Shown in pieces: positions 20,360 to 29,114 of a DNA stretch of 64,000 bases. The notes under the pieces are model-generated. The model was not told the origin of the DNA. It searched no databases and was given only the letters and a program-made list of their open reading frames with translations. Source of the stretch: Gemmatimonadales bacterium (lineage in GTDB: Bacteria; Gemmatimonadota; Gemmatimonadetes; Gemmatimonadales; GWC2-71-9). Position numbers and translations under genes: made by a program. The stretch is from assembly GCA_036741715.1 (NCBI GenBank), contig DAINRR010000006.1, positions 11,106 to 75,105 on the forward strand. The letters run 5' to 3'. Positions within the stretch are counted from its first letter, which is position 1; every line of letters starts with the position of its first letter.

Positions 20360-20593
20360 CTATGCCTGCTCGGTCTTGGCGGTCCCGCGAATGTTGAGCG
20401 CCGCAAGACAGACCTGCAGGATGAGCAGCGCCCACGCCTGCTGCTGCCAGCCCCAGATCGCCCACAGGACGTTCCCGACGAGGAAGCACCAGAAACCGTA
20501 GTTCCGTTTGTATGTTCGGCCAGAGGCCACGAGCCAGGCGCCGATGACGGTCGCGACCATGGCGGGCCATTGCAGCACGTCGATCCATTCCAT
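20360..20593 (-). CDS. Small Trp-rich 3-TM membrane protein
   Basis: ORF 20360..20752 trimmed to MEWIDVLQWPAMVATVIGAWLVASGRTYKRNYGFWCFLVGNVLWAIWGWQQQAWALLILQVCLAALNI. Three predicted helices. Confidence 0.55.
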   Translation of the reverse strand: MEWIDVLQWPAMVATVIGAWLVASGRTYKRNYGFWCFLVGNVLWAIWGWQQQAWALLILQVCLAALNIRGTAKTEQA

Positions 20594-20625
20594 CGGTGCA
20601 GAGTAAGGGAGCCATTCGCCAGCGT

Positions 20626-21180
20626 CTACTCCAGCGCTCGCGCCATCACCAGATCGGTCTGCACGTCCCGCCCCAGCTGGAAGGGCGTGGTCCCGATCTC
20701 GCGGAAGCCGTATTTCCGATAGAACGCGAGGGCGCGGCCATTTTCGCCCCACACGCAGAGCCAGAGCACGCCACCGCCGAGACGGACCGCCTCGCCGGTG
20801 ACGGCACGCATCAGTGCCTGGGCAACGCCACGACCCTGCCAGCCCTGACCGACATAGAACCGCATCAGCTCGACCGGCCGAGCGCCGGCGGCCGCGGGCG
20901 GCGCGCGGCGCGCCGAGAGCTGGGCATATCCGGCGAGCGCACCGTCGGCGTCGGCCAGGAGCGTGACGATCGCCGGGTCGGCGAGCTCACGCGCCTGCTG
21001 CGGCTCGCCGAACGCCTCATCCATGTACGCCCGCATGTCGGCGGGATCGTTGAAGCGGCCGAACGTCTCGTCGAAGATGTGGCGCGCGAACGACGCGAGC
21101 GACGCCGCGTCATCCGGGCGCGCTCGCCGGATCAGGACTTCGCGTACTTCCAGTGTCTCGGCTTTCCCTCCTCGAGCCAT
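20626..21180 (-). CDS. GNAT family N-acetyltransferase
   Basis: Only the C-terminal 184 aa of ORF 20626..21975 look like protein. Motifs VLIRRARPDDAASL, QGWQGRGVAQALM and ALAFYRKYGF. The ATG at 21180 overlaps the upstream gene by 49 nt, so the start is uncertain. Confidence 0.75.
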   Translation of the reverse strand: MARGGKAETLEVREVLIRRARPDDAASLASFARHIFDETFGRFNDPADMRAYMDEAFGEPQQARELADPAIVTLLADADGALAGYAQLSARRAPPAAAGARPVELMRFYVGQGWQGRGVAQALMRAVTGEAVRLGGGVLWLCVWGENGRALAFYRKYGFREIGTTPFQLGRDVQTDLVMARALE

Positions 21181-21734
21181 TCGATCGTCGTGGTGAGGCG
21201 CTTCTCCCGCGTCTCCTCCCGCTTCGCTTCGGTGATCCATTCGATGTACTCCCGCTGGTGGCTCGGGCTGAACGACTCGAACGCTTCGCGCGCCTTCCGG
21301 TTGCGGCGGAGCGCGGCCGCAAGATCGGCCGGAACCTGCACGGGCTTCGGGGATTTCGCGCGCGGCGCCCTCGGGGCTTTCACCCCCGCTTCGTTCAGCT
21401 TTGCTGCCTTCCGTACGTAACCTGCCAGTGTCCGCTTCGCGGGGAGATCCTCGAGGCTCCGGATCTGGCCGAAGTGCCCCATTGCCTCGCGACTCACCGC
21501 GTCCTGATCCAGGATCAGCTTCGCCTTCCAGAAGCCGAAGCTGCAGTGTCCCTTGAACGCGGCCATCCCCGCGAGCATCCCGTGATACGTGAAGTGCGGC
21601 ATGCGCCACTTCATCTCCTCGACCACCTCCGGACAGGCAGCATGCACGACGTCGCGCAGGTGCTCGAGGATCGGCCGCGCGAACGGTTGTGCCCTGGCGA
21701 TGTACGCATCGACCAGCGGGCTTCTCTCTCCCAT
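21132..21734 (-). CDS. DUF1801 plus YdeI/OmpD-associated family protein
   Basis: 200-aa ORF. ARPILEHLRDVVHAACPEVVEEMKWRMPHFTY matches the DUF1801 pattern. C-terminal PADLAAALRRNRKAREAFESFSPSHQREYIEWITEAKREETREKR matches the YdeI pattern. Confidence 0.8.
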   Translation of the reverse strand: MGERSPLVDAYIARAQPFARPILEHLRDVVHAACPEVVEEMKWRMPHFTYHGMLAGMAAFKGHCSFGFWKAKLILDQDAVSREAMGHFGQIRSLEDLPAKRTLAGYVRKAAKLNEAGVKAPRAPRAKSPKPVQVPADLAAALRRNRKAREAFESFSPSHQREYIEWITEAKREETREKRLTTTIEWLEEGKPRHWKYAKS

Positions 21735-21764
21735 GCGAAAACCTCCCTCGAACCCGGATGTGCT

Positions 21765-22133
21765 TCAGCGCGATCGCCCGTCGAGCTGCGCAAGGACCCG
21801 CCTGGGCGCGGTCATGCGATAGGATTCCTCGATGAGCTCCCTGAGCTCCTTCCAGTCGGTATCGCCGTCGAGATAGATCCCGACCCATCCGCTTGGCCCG
21901 ACGTACGGCGGCCGGAAGAACTTCGCAGGCGCCATCCGGACCATGAGCTCCTGATCGCCGGGCGGCGCCTTGCACCAGACGGCATGCCGGCCGGCCCCGT
22001 GCCGTGCGGCACCGGCATACATCGCGAACAGCTTGTTCCGGATCCGGAACGTCGGCTCACCCCACGCCTCGACCTCGTGCGCCTCCGGAAAGGCGAGACA
22101 CAGCTTGCGAAGGCGCGGCAGCGGCGAGGCCAT
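21765..22133 (-). CDS. MmcQ/YjbR family DNA-binding protein
   Basis: ORF 21765..22142 (GTG) trimmed to ATG 22133. Motifs LRKLCLAFPEAHEVEAWGEPTFRIRNKLFAMY and GWVGIYLDGDTDWKELRELIEESY. Confidence 0.8.
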   Translation of the reverse strand: MASPLPRLRKLCLAFPEAHEVEAWGEPTFRIRNKLFAMYAGAARHGAGRHAVWCKAPPGDQELMVRMAPAKFFRPPYVGPSGWVGIYLDGDTDWKELRELIEESYRMTAPRRVLAQLDGRSR

Positions 22134-23104
22134 CAGCCGCACCCCTCGACGTATTCGGCCGCCGGAAGCACACCGGTCCGGTAGCGCGTGACCATCTGCC
22201 CATCGGTCTCGAACACCAGGCGAAGCGAGTCGCCGCCCTCCCCGGGGACGAGGACGAGGTATCGCCCGGCGCTGTCGTACTTGTGCGGCCGAGCTTCGAG
22301 TGCGTCACCATAGAGCGACTGTACCTCGCGCTCGGTCATTCCGATGCGCGCGCCGTGCGCCGTCGAGAGCGTGCCCGAGATGACGTCTCCCCGGACGATC
22401 CTGCCTCGCTCGACCATGAACTGCAGGCCTTCCGGCATTCCCTGCAGGCGCAGGTAGCTGCACTCGTCGGACGCCGGCGGGGCTTCGATCGAGTCGCCCA
22501 CAGCAGCCGCGGCGTCGGCGATGCTCATCCCGTAGCGGATCGGGCCGGCGCCATCGAGCCGGACAGCCCATGCCGATGAGTCCGCGGGTGCCGGGTCGGT
22601 TCCCGGCGGATCGATTCGGCCTTGCTCGTCCGCATCAGCGCAGCCCGTCCCGACTGCCACCGCGAGAACGAGACCTGCGACCCGGGCACTCCGCGCTCCG
22701 CGGGCGAGACGGCCCCAGGCCCAGCGCGGCGCGATCAGCGTGACGATCGGCACGAGGATCCAGAGGCGGCCGGCGGCGACGTCGTATTCGCTCAGGATTC
22801 GCTCCCAGGTGTTGCCGAAGAGATAGCGGCCCGCAAGGAACTCGAACGCCAGCGTGAGGACGAGCCAGATGATACCGATCCGCCACGCCACCCGGCCCTC
22901 ACCGGGCGATATCCAGCGGATCGCGAGGCGAGCGACCAGCAGGATCAGCACGCAGAGAAGGAGTGTGCTCATCGCATGCGCCCAGGCCGGACCGAGCCGT
23001 GGCCGCAGCACCAGCTCGCGAAGCGCGCCGTTGGCGTTGGCGGCGGCCAGGATTCCGAACCAGACCGTGGCGCCGCGGAGCAGCGCCCGATCGGGAGCCG
23101 TCAT
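22133..23104 (-). CDS. Hypothetical protein: 4-TM N-terminal region plus lipoprotein-like C-terminal domain
   Basis: ORF 22133..23593 trimmed to ATG 23104 (ATGA overlap with the upstream stop). TM helices WFGILAAANA, LLLCVLILLVARLAI, IIWLVLTLAFEFLA and LWILVPIVTLIA. An internal lipobox-like LAVAVGTGC is followed by a soluble domain. Confidence 0.6.
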   Translation of the reverse strand: MTAPDRALLRGATVWFGILAAANANGALRELVLRPRLGPAWAHAMSTLLLCVLILLVARLAIRWISPGEGRVAWRIGIIWLVLTLAFEFLAGRYLFGNTWERILSEYDVAAGRLWILVPIVTLIAPRWAWGRLARGARSARVAGLVLAVAVGTGCADADEQGRIDPPGTDPAPADSSAWAVRLDGAGPIRYGMSIADAAAAVGDSIEAPPASDECSYLRLQGMPEGLQFMVERGRIVRGDVISGTLSTAHGARIGMTEREVQSLYGDALEARPHKYDSAGRYLVLVPGEGGDSLRLVFETDGQMVTRYRTGVLPAAEYVEGCG

Positions 23105-23517
23105 GCGGGGTAGTGCTCCTCCATGTGGTGAGCCGATCGCCGGATGAGCTGCTCGAGCACCTGCACGTCCACGTCGGCGAGCGAACGGAGATAGAGGCAC
23201 ACCTTTCCGTTCCGGTACGGTCCGAGCTTCGACAGCAGGTCCGGGTAATGGTCCACATTCGGAGCGATGTAGATCGTCAGGTCCTTCTTCCGCGGCGAGA
23301 AGGCGAGCCGGGGCCACTCGCCTGCGTGGCCACTCGCGTACCTGTAGTGGTACGTCCCGAACCCGACGATCGCCCCCCACATCACGGGTGGCTCGCCACT
23401 GATCTCCTGCATCATCGCGGCAACCTTGCGGCAGTCGGCGTGGCGCGATGGCTCGACGGCGCGCGCGAGGAACTGCTCGAGCGTTTCGGCCGTTGGCCTG
23501 GTCTTCTGCTCTGCCAT
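23101..23517 (-). CDS. DUF1801 (YdhG-like) domain protein
   Basis: 138-aa ORF with MAEQKTRPTAETLEQFL, GEPPVMWGAIVGFGTYHYRY, KKDLTIYI and GKVCLYLRSLADVD. Confidence 0.8.
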   Translation of the reverse strand: MAEQKTRPTAETLEQFLARAVEPSRHADCRKVAAMMQEISGEPPVMWGAIVGFGTYHYRYASGHAGEWPRLAFSPRKKDLTIYIAPNVDHYPDLLSKLGPYRNGKVCLYLRSLADVDVQVLEQLIRRSAHHMEEHYPA

Positions 23518-23522
23518 GGGCG

Positions 23523-23981
23523 TCAGGGGCTCGGCGCGTCGGGATGGGATCCAGGCTCGCCGATGTGAAGCGGCGTGAATGCCGGCGGATCACTCGCGGG
23601 GAAACTCAGGTCCGAAGCCATATCCACGACCGCCGACGCCTCCTCGGCGGCGCGAAGCTCGGCATCGGCCAGGAGGAGGCGAAGGTCCGTGATGAACTCG
23701 ACCGCGCGCGCGCGGTCCTCCCGGGCGATTCGCATACTGCACTCGGTGGCGCTCGCGCCGGGAAACCCCGCGAGCGCGCCCACGTCGCTGACGCGGAGCC
23801 GAAGGCCGGGACGCCACCACCGCCGACGAAGCGTCACCTCGAGAATTCGACGCGCGGGGATGACGAGGCGCATGACCGGGAGCTGCTCCGTCCGGGACGC
23901 GACGCTGCCGCCCTTCACGTCGGTATGCTCGCGCCGGCCGCTCCACTCGAGGTGCAGCGCAGTCTCCGAGAGTCGCGCCAC
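23523..23981 (-). CDS. Hypothetical protein
   Basis: 152-aa ORF with GTG start. It sits tightly between neighbouring minus-strand genes. No family recognised. Confidence 0.4.
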   Translation of the reverse strand: MARLSETALHLEWSGRREHTDVKGGSVASRTEQLPVMRLVIPARRILEVTLRRRWWRPGLRLRVSDVGALAGFPGASATECSMRIAREDRARAVEFITDLRLLLADAELRAAEEASAVVDMASDLSFPASDPPAFTPLHIGEPGSHPDAPSP

Positions 23982-24081
23982 GCCGGCGTACCGCTCCTCG
24001 ACGGATTGGACTCGACCGTGCGGACCGTGAACGGCAAGGCCGAAGGCATGACCCTAGGATACCTCCGAGCGGATCGCGGTG

Positions 24082-24531
24082 CTAACCCCCGCCGAGTCCG
24101 CGTGCCATGGTCACGGCCGCACCCACCATCGCGACGACGATCGCGGCCTCGATCGCGCTGATGGTCGACATGCGCCCGGCGCGGTCGAGCGAGGGGACCC
24201 GGCCTTTCGAGAGCTCCTGCCTCCACCTGATGAGCGTCGCCATGGGGCTCACCTCGAGGAGGAGGATCACCACGAACAGGCCCATCTTGAGCAGGAACGC
24301 GTGATTCGTGAAGTAATAGTCGGTCCCCTTCTCGGTCTCGCCGAAGAGACGCCAGAGTCCGGTCACGAGCCAGAGCGCCGCGGCCACGCCCCACCAGGTG
24401 TCCGCCACGAGCGCGCGCCGCACGTCCGCGGGCTGGACTTCGCCGCGGAGCGCGCGCGAGCGGGCCCAGACCGCGCCAAGGCCGATGCCGAGCGCGAGCA
24501 GATGCGCGGCCGCGAGGATGAGTCGCATCAT
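24082..24531 (-). CDS. DUF2214-like integral membrane protein
   Basis: 149-aa ORF with 4 TM helices (LILAAAHLLALGIGLGAVW, WWGVAAALWLVTGLW, LLKMGLFVVILLLEV, AIEAAIVVAMVGAAV). Confidence 0.65.
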   Translation of the reverse strand: MMRLILAAAHLLALGIGLGAVWARSRALRGEVQPADVRRALVADTWWGVAAALWLVTGLWRLFGETEKGTDYYFTNHAFLLKMGLFVVILLLEVSPMATLIRWRQELSKGRVPSLDRAGRMSTISAIEAAIVVAMVGAAVTMARGLGGG

Positions 24532-25016
24532 CGGGTGAGTCCGGCCTGCGGCGAAGGCGCCTCGCGTGCGATCCTGCCGAGTCGCTCGAGCTCTTCCCCG
24601 TAGATTCTCGGGAGCACCTGGCTCGCGAGCCAGCGTTCGACCAGGCCCGCGATGCCGCCCTTCTGCTCGAGCTCGGTCGCGATCGTCACATCGGCACCCC
24701 GTCCCGACGGCTCCACGCGAAACGTGGTGACGACCGCCCCGCCCTTCACGATTTCGACCAGCACCCGCCCGGGAACCGGCTCCGTGATGTCGGCCACCAC
24801 GCGCTGCGCCCGGCCGGCGACGATCATCGTGAATTCGATTTCGGTGCCCGCCCCGTATCCTCCCTGCCGCACGACGAAGTCGCGGAAGTACTTCGGCGGC
24901 ACGATCCGGGGATGCCCCTGCACGTAATCCGCGATGAGCCCGTAGATCCGCTCGGGCGGTGCATCGAGATGACGGGTCCGGGATACCGAGTAGGTGCGGC
25001 GCGCGCTGTCAGCCAT
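24528..25016 (-). CDS. SRPBCC (polyketide cyclase/START-like) family protein
   Basis: C-terminal 162 aa of ORF 24528..25724, starting at MADSARRTYSVSRTRHLDAPPERIYGLIADY. The stop overlaps the downstream start. Confidence 0.8.
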   Translation of the reverse strand: MADSARRTYSVSRTRHLDAPPERIYGLIADYVQGHPRIVPPKYFRDFVVRQGGYGAGTEIEFTMIVAGRAQRVVADITEPVPGRVLVEIVKGGAVVTTFRVEPSGRGADVTIATELEQKGGIAGLVERWLASQVLPRIYGEELERLGRIAREAPSPQAGLTR

Positions 25017-25305
25017 AGAATGTTCCCAGGTGCCGTTCGGCGAGAGTGAGGCCTGACGTCGCTTGATCGAGCGCGGCGTACGCCGCCGCGTGGACGATCC
25101 GGAATTCCTCGTAGGCCGCGCGTGAGGTCCAGCGATCCAGCGTGAGATAGATCTCCGGGGACGAGACGCTCCGGAGCAGCATGGTCTCGCGAAAGCCTGG
25201 GCCCTGACGGAAGAGGCGCACCCAGTCGCCTTCCGGGCCGTACGCCGCTTCGAAGTCGGCCCGCCGCGCTTCCGGAACCTCGTACTCCCAGACGGTGGTG
25301 AACAC
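25009..25305 (-). CDS. Antibiotic-biosynthesis-monooxygenase (ABM)-like domain protein
   Basis: 98-aa ORF MFTTVWEYEVPEARRADFEAAYGPEGDWVRLF...YLTLDRWTSRAAYEEF. Confidence 0.7.
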   Translation of the reverse strand: MFTTVWEYEVPEARRADFEAAYGPEGDWVRLFRQGPGFRETMLLRSVSSPEIYLTLDRWTSRAAYEEFRIVHAAAYAALDQATSGLTLAERHLGTFYG

Positions 25306-25323
25306 GTTCCCGTCCTTCTCGAG

Positions 25324-25785
25324 TTATTCGCCCTGATGCGGAGCCAGGTGAACGATCTCCACCGGTACGAGCGACGAAACGGCAGCCGCGACCATCGTTC
25401 GGTGGCAGTGGCCATGGTCCGCCTCGAAGCACAGGAGACAGCAGCGCCTGTCAGTGCCGATGATACGGGCGAGCTCATCCAGCTCGTCCTGCGCGGCCGG
25501 CATCGACAGGTGACCGCCGAAGATCCGTCGCATCTCCTCATGGCGTCCGGCCCGCGCGGCCGCCCGCCCCTCCGCCGGAGTACCGAGGCCGCGCAGGTGG
25601 AGGTAACCGATTCCGGCCTCCTCGAGGTGCGCGGCAAGACGGGTCTTCGAAAATCCGGGCCGCCGGGAGCTCGCGACGGCCCGGACATCGACCAGCAGCT
25701 CGATGCCCGCGTCCCGCAGCACATCCACCACGCGCTGGATCGTCGCCCCTTCGTACCCGATCGTCGCGAGCAGCGCGGGCTTCAT
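25324..25785 (-). CDS. DUF488 family protein
   Basis: ORF 25324..25917 trimmed to MKPALLATIGYEGATIQRVVDVLRDAGIELLVDVR. Also carries RCCLLCFEADHGHCHR. Confidence 0.85.
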   Translation of the reverse strand: MKPALLATIGYEGATIQRVVDVLRDAGIELLVDVRAVASSRRPGFSKTRLAAHLEEAGIGYLHLRGLGTPAEGRAAARAGRHEEMRRIFGGHLSMPAAQDELDELARIIGTDRRCCLLCFEADHGHCHRTMVAAAVSSLVPVEIVHLAPHQGE

Positions 25786-26345
25786 GTCCGCCCTTCGCAG
25801 CCGAAAACCAGGACCCGCTCGATGGTCGCGGTGTCTGGCATCCGCTCGGCCGCGCGCTCCGGCGGAAGCGCGAGCAGCTCGCGCGGCACCGCGCCCACCT
25901 CGAAGCTGAGGCCGCATTCATCGGGCAGCGTGACGAAGAGCCGGCCTTCACCGCCGATGATCCGGCTGCCGGCGCGCGCCAGCAGTTCCGCTGCCGGCGA
26001 GCCCACACCCAGACCATCGTGCGTCCGGAGAGTGCGGGACACGACATCGAGGCGCCAGATCGAATCCCCGACGACGGTGGCGGCGACCGTGTCCGCGCCG
26101 ACGACCACGTCGACCCGCCGCTCCTGCGATCCCTCCGGGCCCGGCACGATCCGGTCGCCGACGATGCGGCATTCCGGAGGCAGCGCGGCCAGAGGGAAGC
26201 CGATCGCGAGACACCCGACGCCGCGCCCGGAGATCGCCGTGGGCGGGGACGGGGGCGCGGAGGGCGACGAGCCGGGCGGGCGCTTCGCCTCCCGGCAGCC
26301 GGTCGCCAGCAGCAGGACGAGGATCAGGGCCCCTGCAGGCGCCAT
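25782..26345 (-). CDS. Hypothetical lipoprotein
   Basis: C-terminal 187 aa of ORF 25782..26705. Lipobox LVLLLATGC. ATGA overlap with the downstream DUF488 start. Confidence 0.65.
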   Translation of the reverse strand: MAPAGALILVLLLATGCREAKRPPGSSPSAPPSPPTAISGRGVGCLAIGFPLAALPPECRIVGDRIVPGPEGSQERRVDVVVGADTVAATVVGDSIWRLDVVSRTLRTHDGLGVGSPAAELLARAGSRIIGGEGRLFVTLPDECGLSFEVGAVPRELLALPPERAAERMPDTATIERVLVFGCEGRT

Positions 26346-27052
26346 TGGCCCGTCACCCGTGCAACGACTTCGATGTTCTGCGGAGCCGGCACCGCATTCG
26401 CAACGGCCTCCCCCATCCCCGCGTTCCGGCTGTACATCGCCACGTCCATATAGGCGAGCGGCCTCGGATCGGCGCCGGCCGACGACAGCGCGACGAGCGG
26501 GCCGAGCGTGCGGCCCGTAGCCGCAGCGAGCGCCCTCGCATCGAGCTCTGCGGCGCGGAAGGCTTCGGCGAGTGCTCGGCGCCGGCCGGCGTCGAGACTG
26601 TCCGCCTCGAACTGGACATTGTCCACCGACGTCGCACCGCTCCGCAGCGCCGCGTCGAGCACCTCGCCGAGCTGAGGCAGCTGGCGGGCGATGGCCTCGA
26701 TCCACGCCGTGGCCTGGAAGTCCACGATCCGGCGGTTCTCGTTCTCGTTCGCGGACACGTGCACGCGCACCACGCGTGCAGAGTCCACGCCGGCGGCCGC
26801 CCGCAAGGCGCCGAGGACGCGGCCCACCGCCGCATCGTTCTGGCGGCTCGCGGCGGCTGCCGTCGCCCCGCGCGAGCTCACGGCGACGACGATGCGCGCA
26901 CGGCTGGGCGGCAGGGTGACACGGCCTTCGCCCGATGTCGTCACTGACGGCACGGCGGACGCGGGCTGTGGCATCTCGGGCGTCGCCTGGGCCGAGGCAC
27001 AGGCAGGCGCTGCGACAGCGAGCAGGGAGAGGGCGAGGTATCGGCGAAGCAT
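26324..27052 (-). CDS. SIMPL (DUF541) domain protein, secreted
   Basis: 242-aa ORF with signal peptide LALSLLAVAAPACASAQ. Motifs GEGRVTLPPSRARIVVAV, SVDNVQFEADS and RALAEAFRAAELDARALAAATG. Confidence 0.8.
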   Translation of the reverse strand: MLRRYLALSLLAVAAPACASAQATPEMPQPASAVPSVTTSGEGRVTLPPSRARIVVAVSSRGATAAAASRQNDAAVGRVLGALRAAAGVDSARVVRVHVSANENENRRIVDFQATAWIEAIARQLPQLGEVLDAALRSGATSVDNVQFEADSLDAGRRRALAEAFRAAELDARALAAATGRTLGPLVALSSAGADPRPLAYMDVAMYSRNAGMGEAVANAVPAPQNIEVVARVTGQWRLQGP

Positions 27053-27071
27053 GCGTATCCTCCGCTCCCGG

Positions 27072-27536
27072 TCAGGGAGCGATCGTATAGGTGAATTCGT
27101 ACCGGTGATCGGGCCCGGTGATCGTGATCGTCATCGTCCCCGCGATCCCGGTGAGCTCTCCGGTGCCGGAGTCGGGGACGACCGACACCACGAGTGCGGG
27201 CACACCGCGGTTCATGGTGCCGTTGTGCTGCAGCGCGAAGGTCCCGGTTCGGCCGTGCAGGGTGCCCCGCACCTCCTCCATGGCGACGTACCCCGCCGAC
27301 CCGTCGACGCTCGTCATCTTCGCGAGCATCTGTCCGACACTCGTGCCCTCGAGGTCGCCGTGGAACTGCTTGGCGATGGCCATCCGGCTGATTGCCGTCG
27401 CGCCTGAGTCCGCTGCCATCGGCGTGAGCTCGACATCGAAGGTTCCGGTGGCGGTACGTGCCTGGGCGTGCACGCTCACCGGCACCAGCACGAAGAGCAG
27501 CGCGAGCGGAATCTGCAGCAGCCGGGAACGCGGCAT
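27072..27536 (-). CDS. DUF3224 domain protein, secreted
   Basis: C-terminal 154 aa of ORF 27072..27923. Signal peptide, then GTFDVELTP...IAKQFHGDLEGTSVGQML...GTFALQHNGTM...ITITGPDHRYEFTY. Confidence 0.75.
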   Translation of the reverse strand: MPRSRLLQIPLALLFVLVPVSVHAQARTATGTFDVELTPMAADSGATAISRMAIAKQFHGDLEGTSVGQMLAKMTSVDGSAGYVAMEEVRGTLHGRTGTFALQHNGTMNRGVPALVVSVVPDSGTGELTGIAGTMTITITGPDHRYEFTYTIAP

Positions 27537-27558
27537 GCGGGACACCTCCAGGCGGGAG

Positions 27559-28782
27559 TCAGCGTCGTACCCGGTAGATCCGTACGTGCTCAATATCATC
27601 GGCATCGCGCCAGAGGGCGAGGATGCGGTCTCCGCGGATCGCCATCGGCCGCGAGCGTGGCGGCATTGCTGCGCGCGCCGTGAGGCGTCCCGCCTCATCG
27701 AACACGAAATAGCGTCGCGGATCTCCGCGGCGCCAGCGAAACACCTCGACCCAGAGCGCACCGTCCTCGGCGACGAGCAGATCGTCGATGAAGGGGAAAT
27801 GCGTCGAGACGCGCTGCTCGCGCAATGCCGTGCGCCATTGCTCCCGGAAGACTTCGGGCGCGCCCGCGTTCTGCTCGTCGATGGCCCGCAGCTCCTGCGC
27901 GACGTACTCGGCACGATCGGCATCGGACACGGCGCGCCGCGGCAGCAGGAGCCGGATCAGGCGCTGCAGCGTTCCCTCCGCATCGTATTCGGCGATCTCG
28001 AATGCATCGTTGGTGGCCGCCAGGATCCGCGACCCGTCGGCGCGCAGGATCGTCGCCTTCCCGAAGAGCGGCATCGATTGCGCCGGAAAGGTCGCGTCGC
28101 CCTCCCGGCCGAGGAGCGGATAGGTTTCGAGCGCGGGCAGGGTGAGGATCGTGTCGAGGTGAATCGAATCGCGCTCGGTGAGGGTAACCGTGAGCCTCGA
28201 CCGCGTCGTCGGACCGCTCGTCGCGCGCGACGAATCGACCGGGATGAAGCCGAGGAGCATGCGGCTCCCGCCCAGGGGCTGGACGGTATAGGTATATGAC
28301 AGGGTCCGGAGGGATGTCACAGCTCCGGGCTCACCGGTCCGCGACATCACCGTGACACGGCGGAGGACGTTGTCGTATATCCCGATCGAGTCAGGGGGTA
28401 CCGGCCACATGCGTGAAATGCTCCTGAACTCGCCGGGCCCGTCTCCATTGCGTCCCCAGGTCGCGAGGTGGCGGCCGGTCGAGTCGAAGCGCCGGGCCTC
28501 GCGCGTCGCGCCATCGCCGATCAGGATGGTCCCGTCCCGATCCCACAGCACCGCCCTGACCTGCTGAAGGGCGGCCGGCCCGTCCTCATCTCCGCCGATG
28601 TCCACCACCGGGGAATCGGGAATCTGCCACACGGCCAGTCGCGCCGTGTCGAGTGTGCTCTCGACGATGGCGACGCCCGCACTGTCCCGCGCCGCCGTTG
28701 CTGATGTCGCCGGCACCTCTCGGCCGCACGCCTGGACGGCGATCACCGCGACAAGCAGGCGTCCGTACGAGAACGAACACAT
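27559..28782 (-). CDS. 6-bladed beta-propeller (TolB-like) lipoprotein
   Basis: ORF 27559..28812 trimmed to the Met before the lipobox VAVIAVQAC. Motifs ILIGDGATREARRFDSTGRHLATWGRNGDGPGEF and IDDLLVAEDGALWVEVF. Confidence 0.7.
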   Translation of the reverse strand: MCSFSYGRLLVAVIAVQACGREVPATSATAARDSAGVAIVESTLDTARLAVWQIPDSPVVDIGGDEDGPAALQQVRAVLWDRDGTILIGDGATREARRFDSTGRHLATWGRNGDGPGEFRSISRMWPVPPDSIGIYDNVLRRVTVMSRTGEPGAVTSLRTLSYTYTVQPLGGSRMLLGFIPVDSSRATSGPTTRSRLTVTLTERDSIHLDTILTLPALETYPLLGREGDATFPAQSMPLFGKATILRADGSRILAATNDAFEIAEYDAEGTLQRLIRLLLPRRAVSDADRAEYVAQELRAIDEQNAGAPEVFREQWRTALREQRVSTHFPFIDDLLVAEDGALWVEVFRWRRGDPRRYFVFDEAGRLTARAAMPPRSRPMAIRGDRILALWRDADDIEHVRIYRVRR

Positions 28783-28869
28783 CCTGACCTCCTTGCAGGT
28801 GACATGCACCACATCGCCGCGACCTCCCCATCGATTACGTAGCGAGGAACGCCAGCACTGGAGGCAAGC

Positions 28870-29061
28870 GTGTCAGAGAAATCATCCCGCCGCGAAACGA
28901 TCGAGCCGAATCCCGGAGACAAGCGCTATGTCCGCCGGAACGAGGAAGGCGAATTCACCGAGCAGGACGACGTGGGCCGGTCGCTGGGCCAGGACGTTCG
29001 CCGGAAAGCGAAGGAGGAGAGCAAGCCCGGCCAGGGAGACCGCGGCGACAGGAAATCCTGA
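28870..29061 (+). CDS. Small hydrophilic conserved-looking protein
   Basis: 63-aa ORF with a GTG start 7 nt after GGAGG. Highly charged sequence (KRYVRRNEEGEFTEQDDVGRSLGQDVRRKAKEESKPGQGDRGD). Confidence 0.5.
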   Translation: MSEKSSRRETIEPNPGDKRYVRRNEEGEFTEQDDVGRSLGQDVRRKAKEESKPGQGDRGDRKS

Positions 29062-29114
29062 GGCGAGTGATGACCGGGCGCCCACGCCGCGCCCGGTTCC
29101 CCTCCCCGACGATG

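Noticed and set aside
20626-21975. Very long N-terminal extensions of many track ORFs, for example 20626..21975, 22133..23593, 24528..25724, 25782..26705, 27072..27923, 29570..30391, 30309..31439, 38354..39373, 40210..41133 and 48888..49481
   Set aside because: Only the C-terminal parts look like proteins. The extensions are Arg/Pro/Gly-rich and overlap the upstream genes' true frames. Internal starts that abut or overlap the upstream stop, often with a Shine-Dalgarno-like motif, give sensible domain-sized products.
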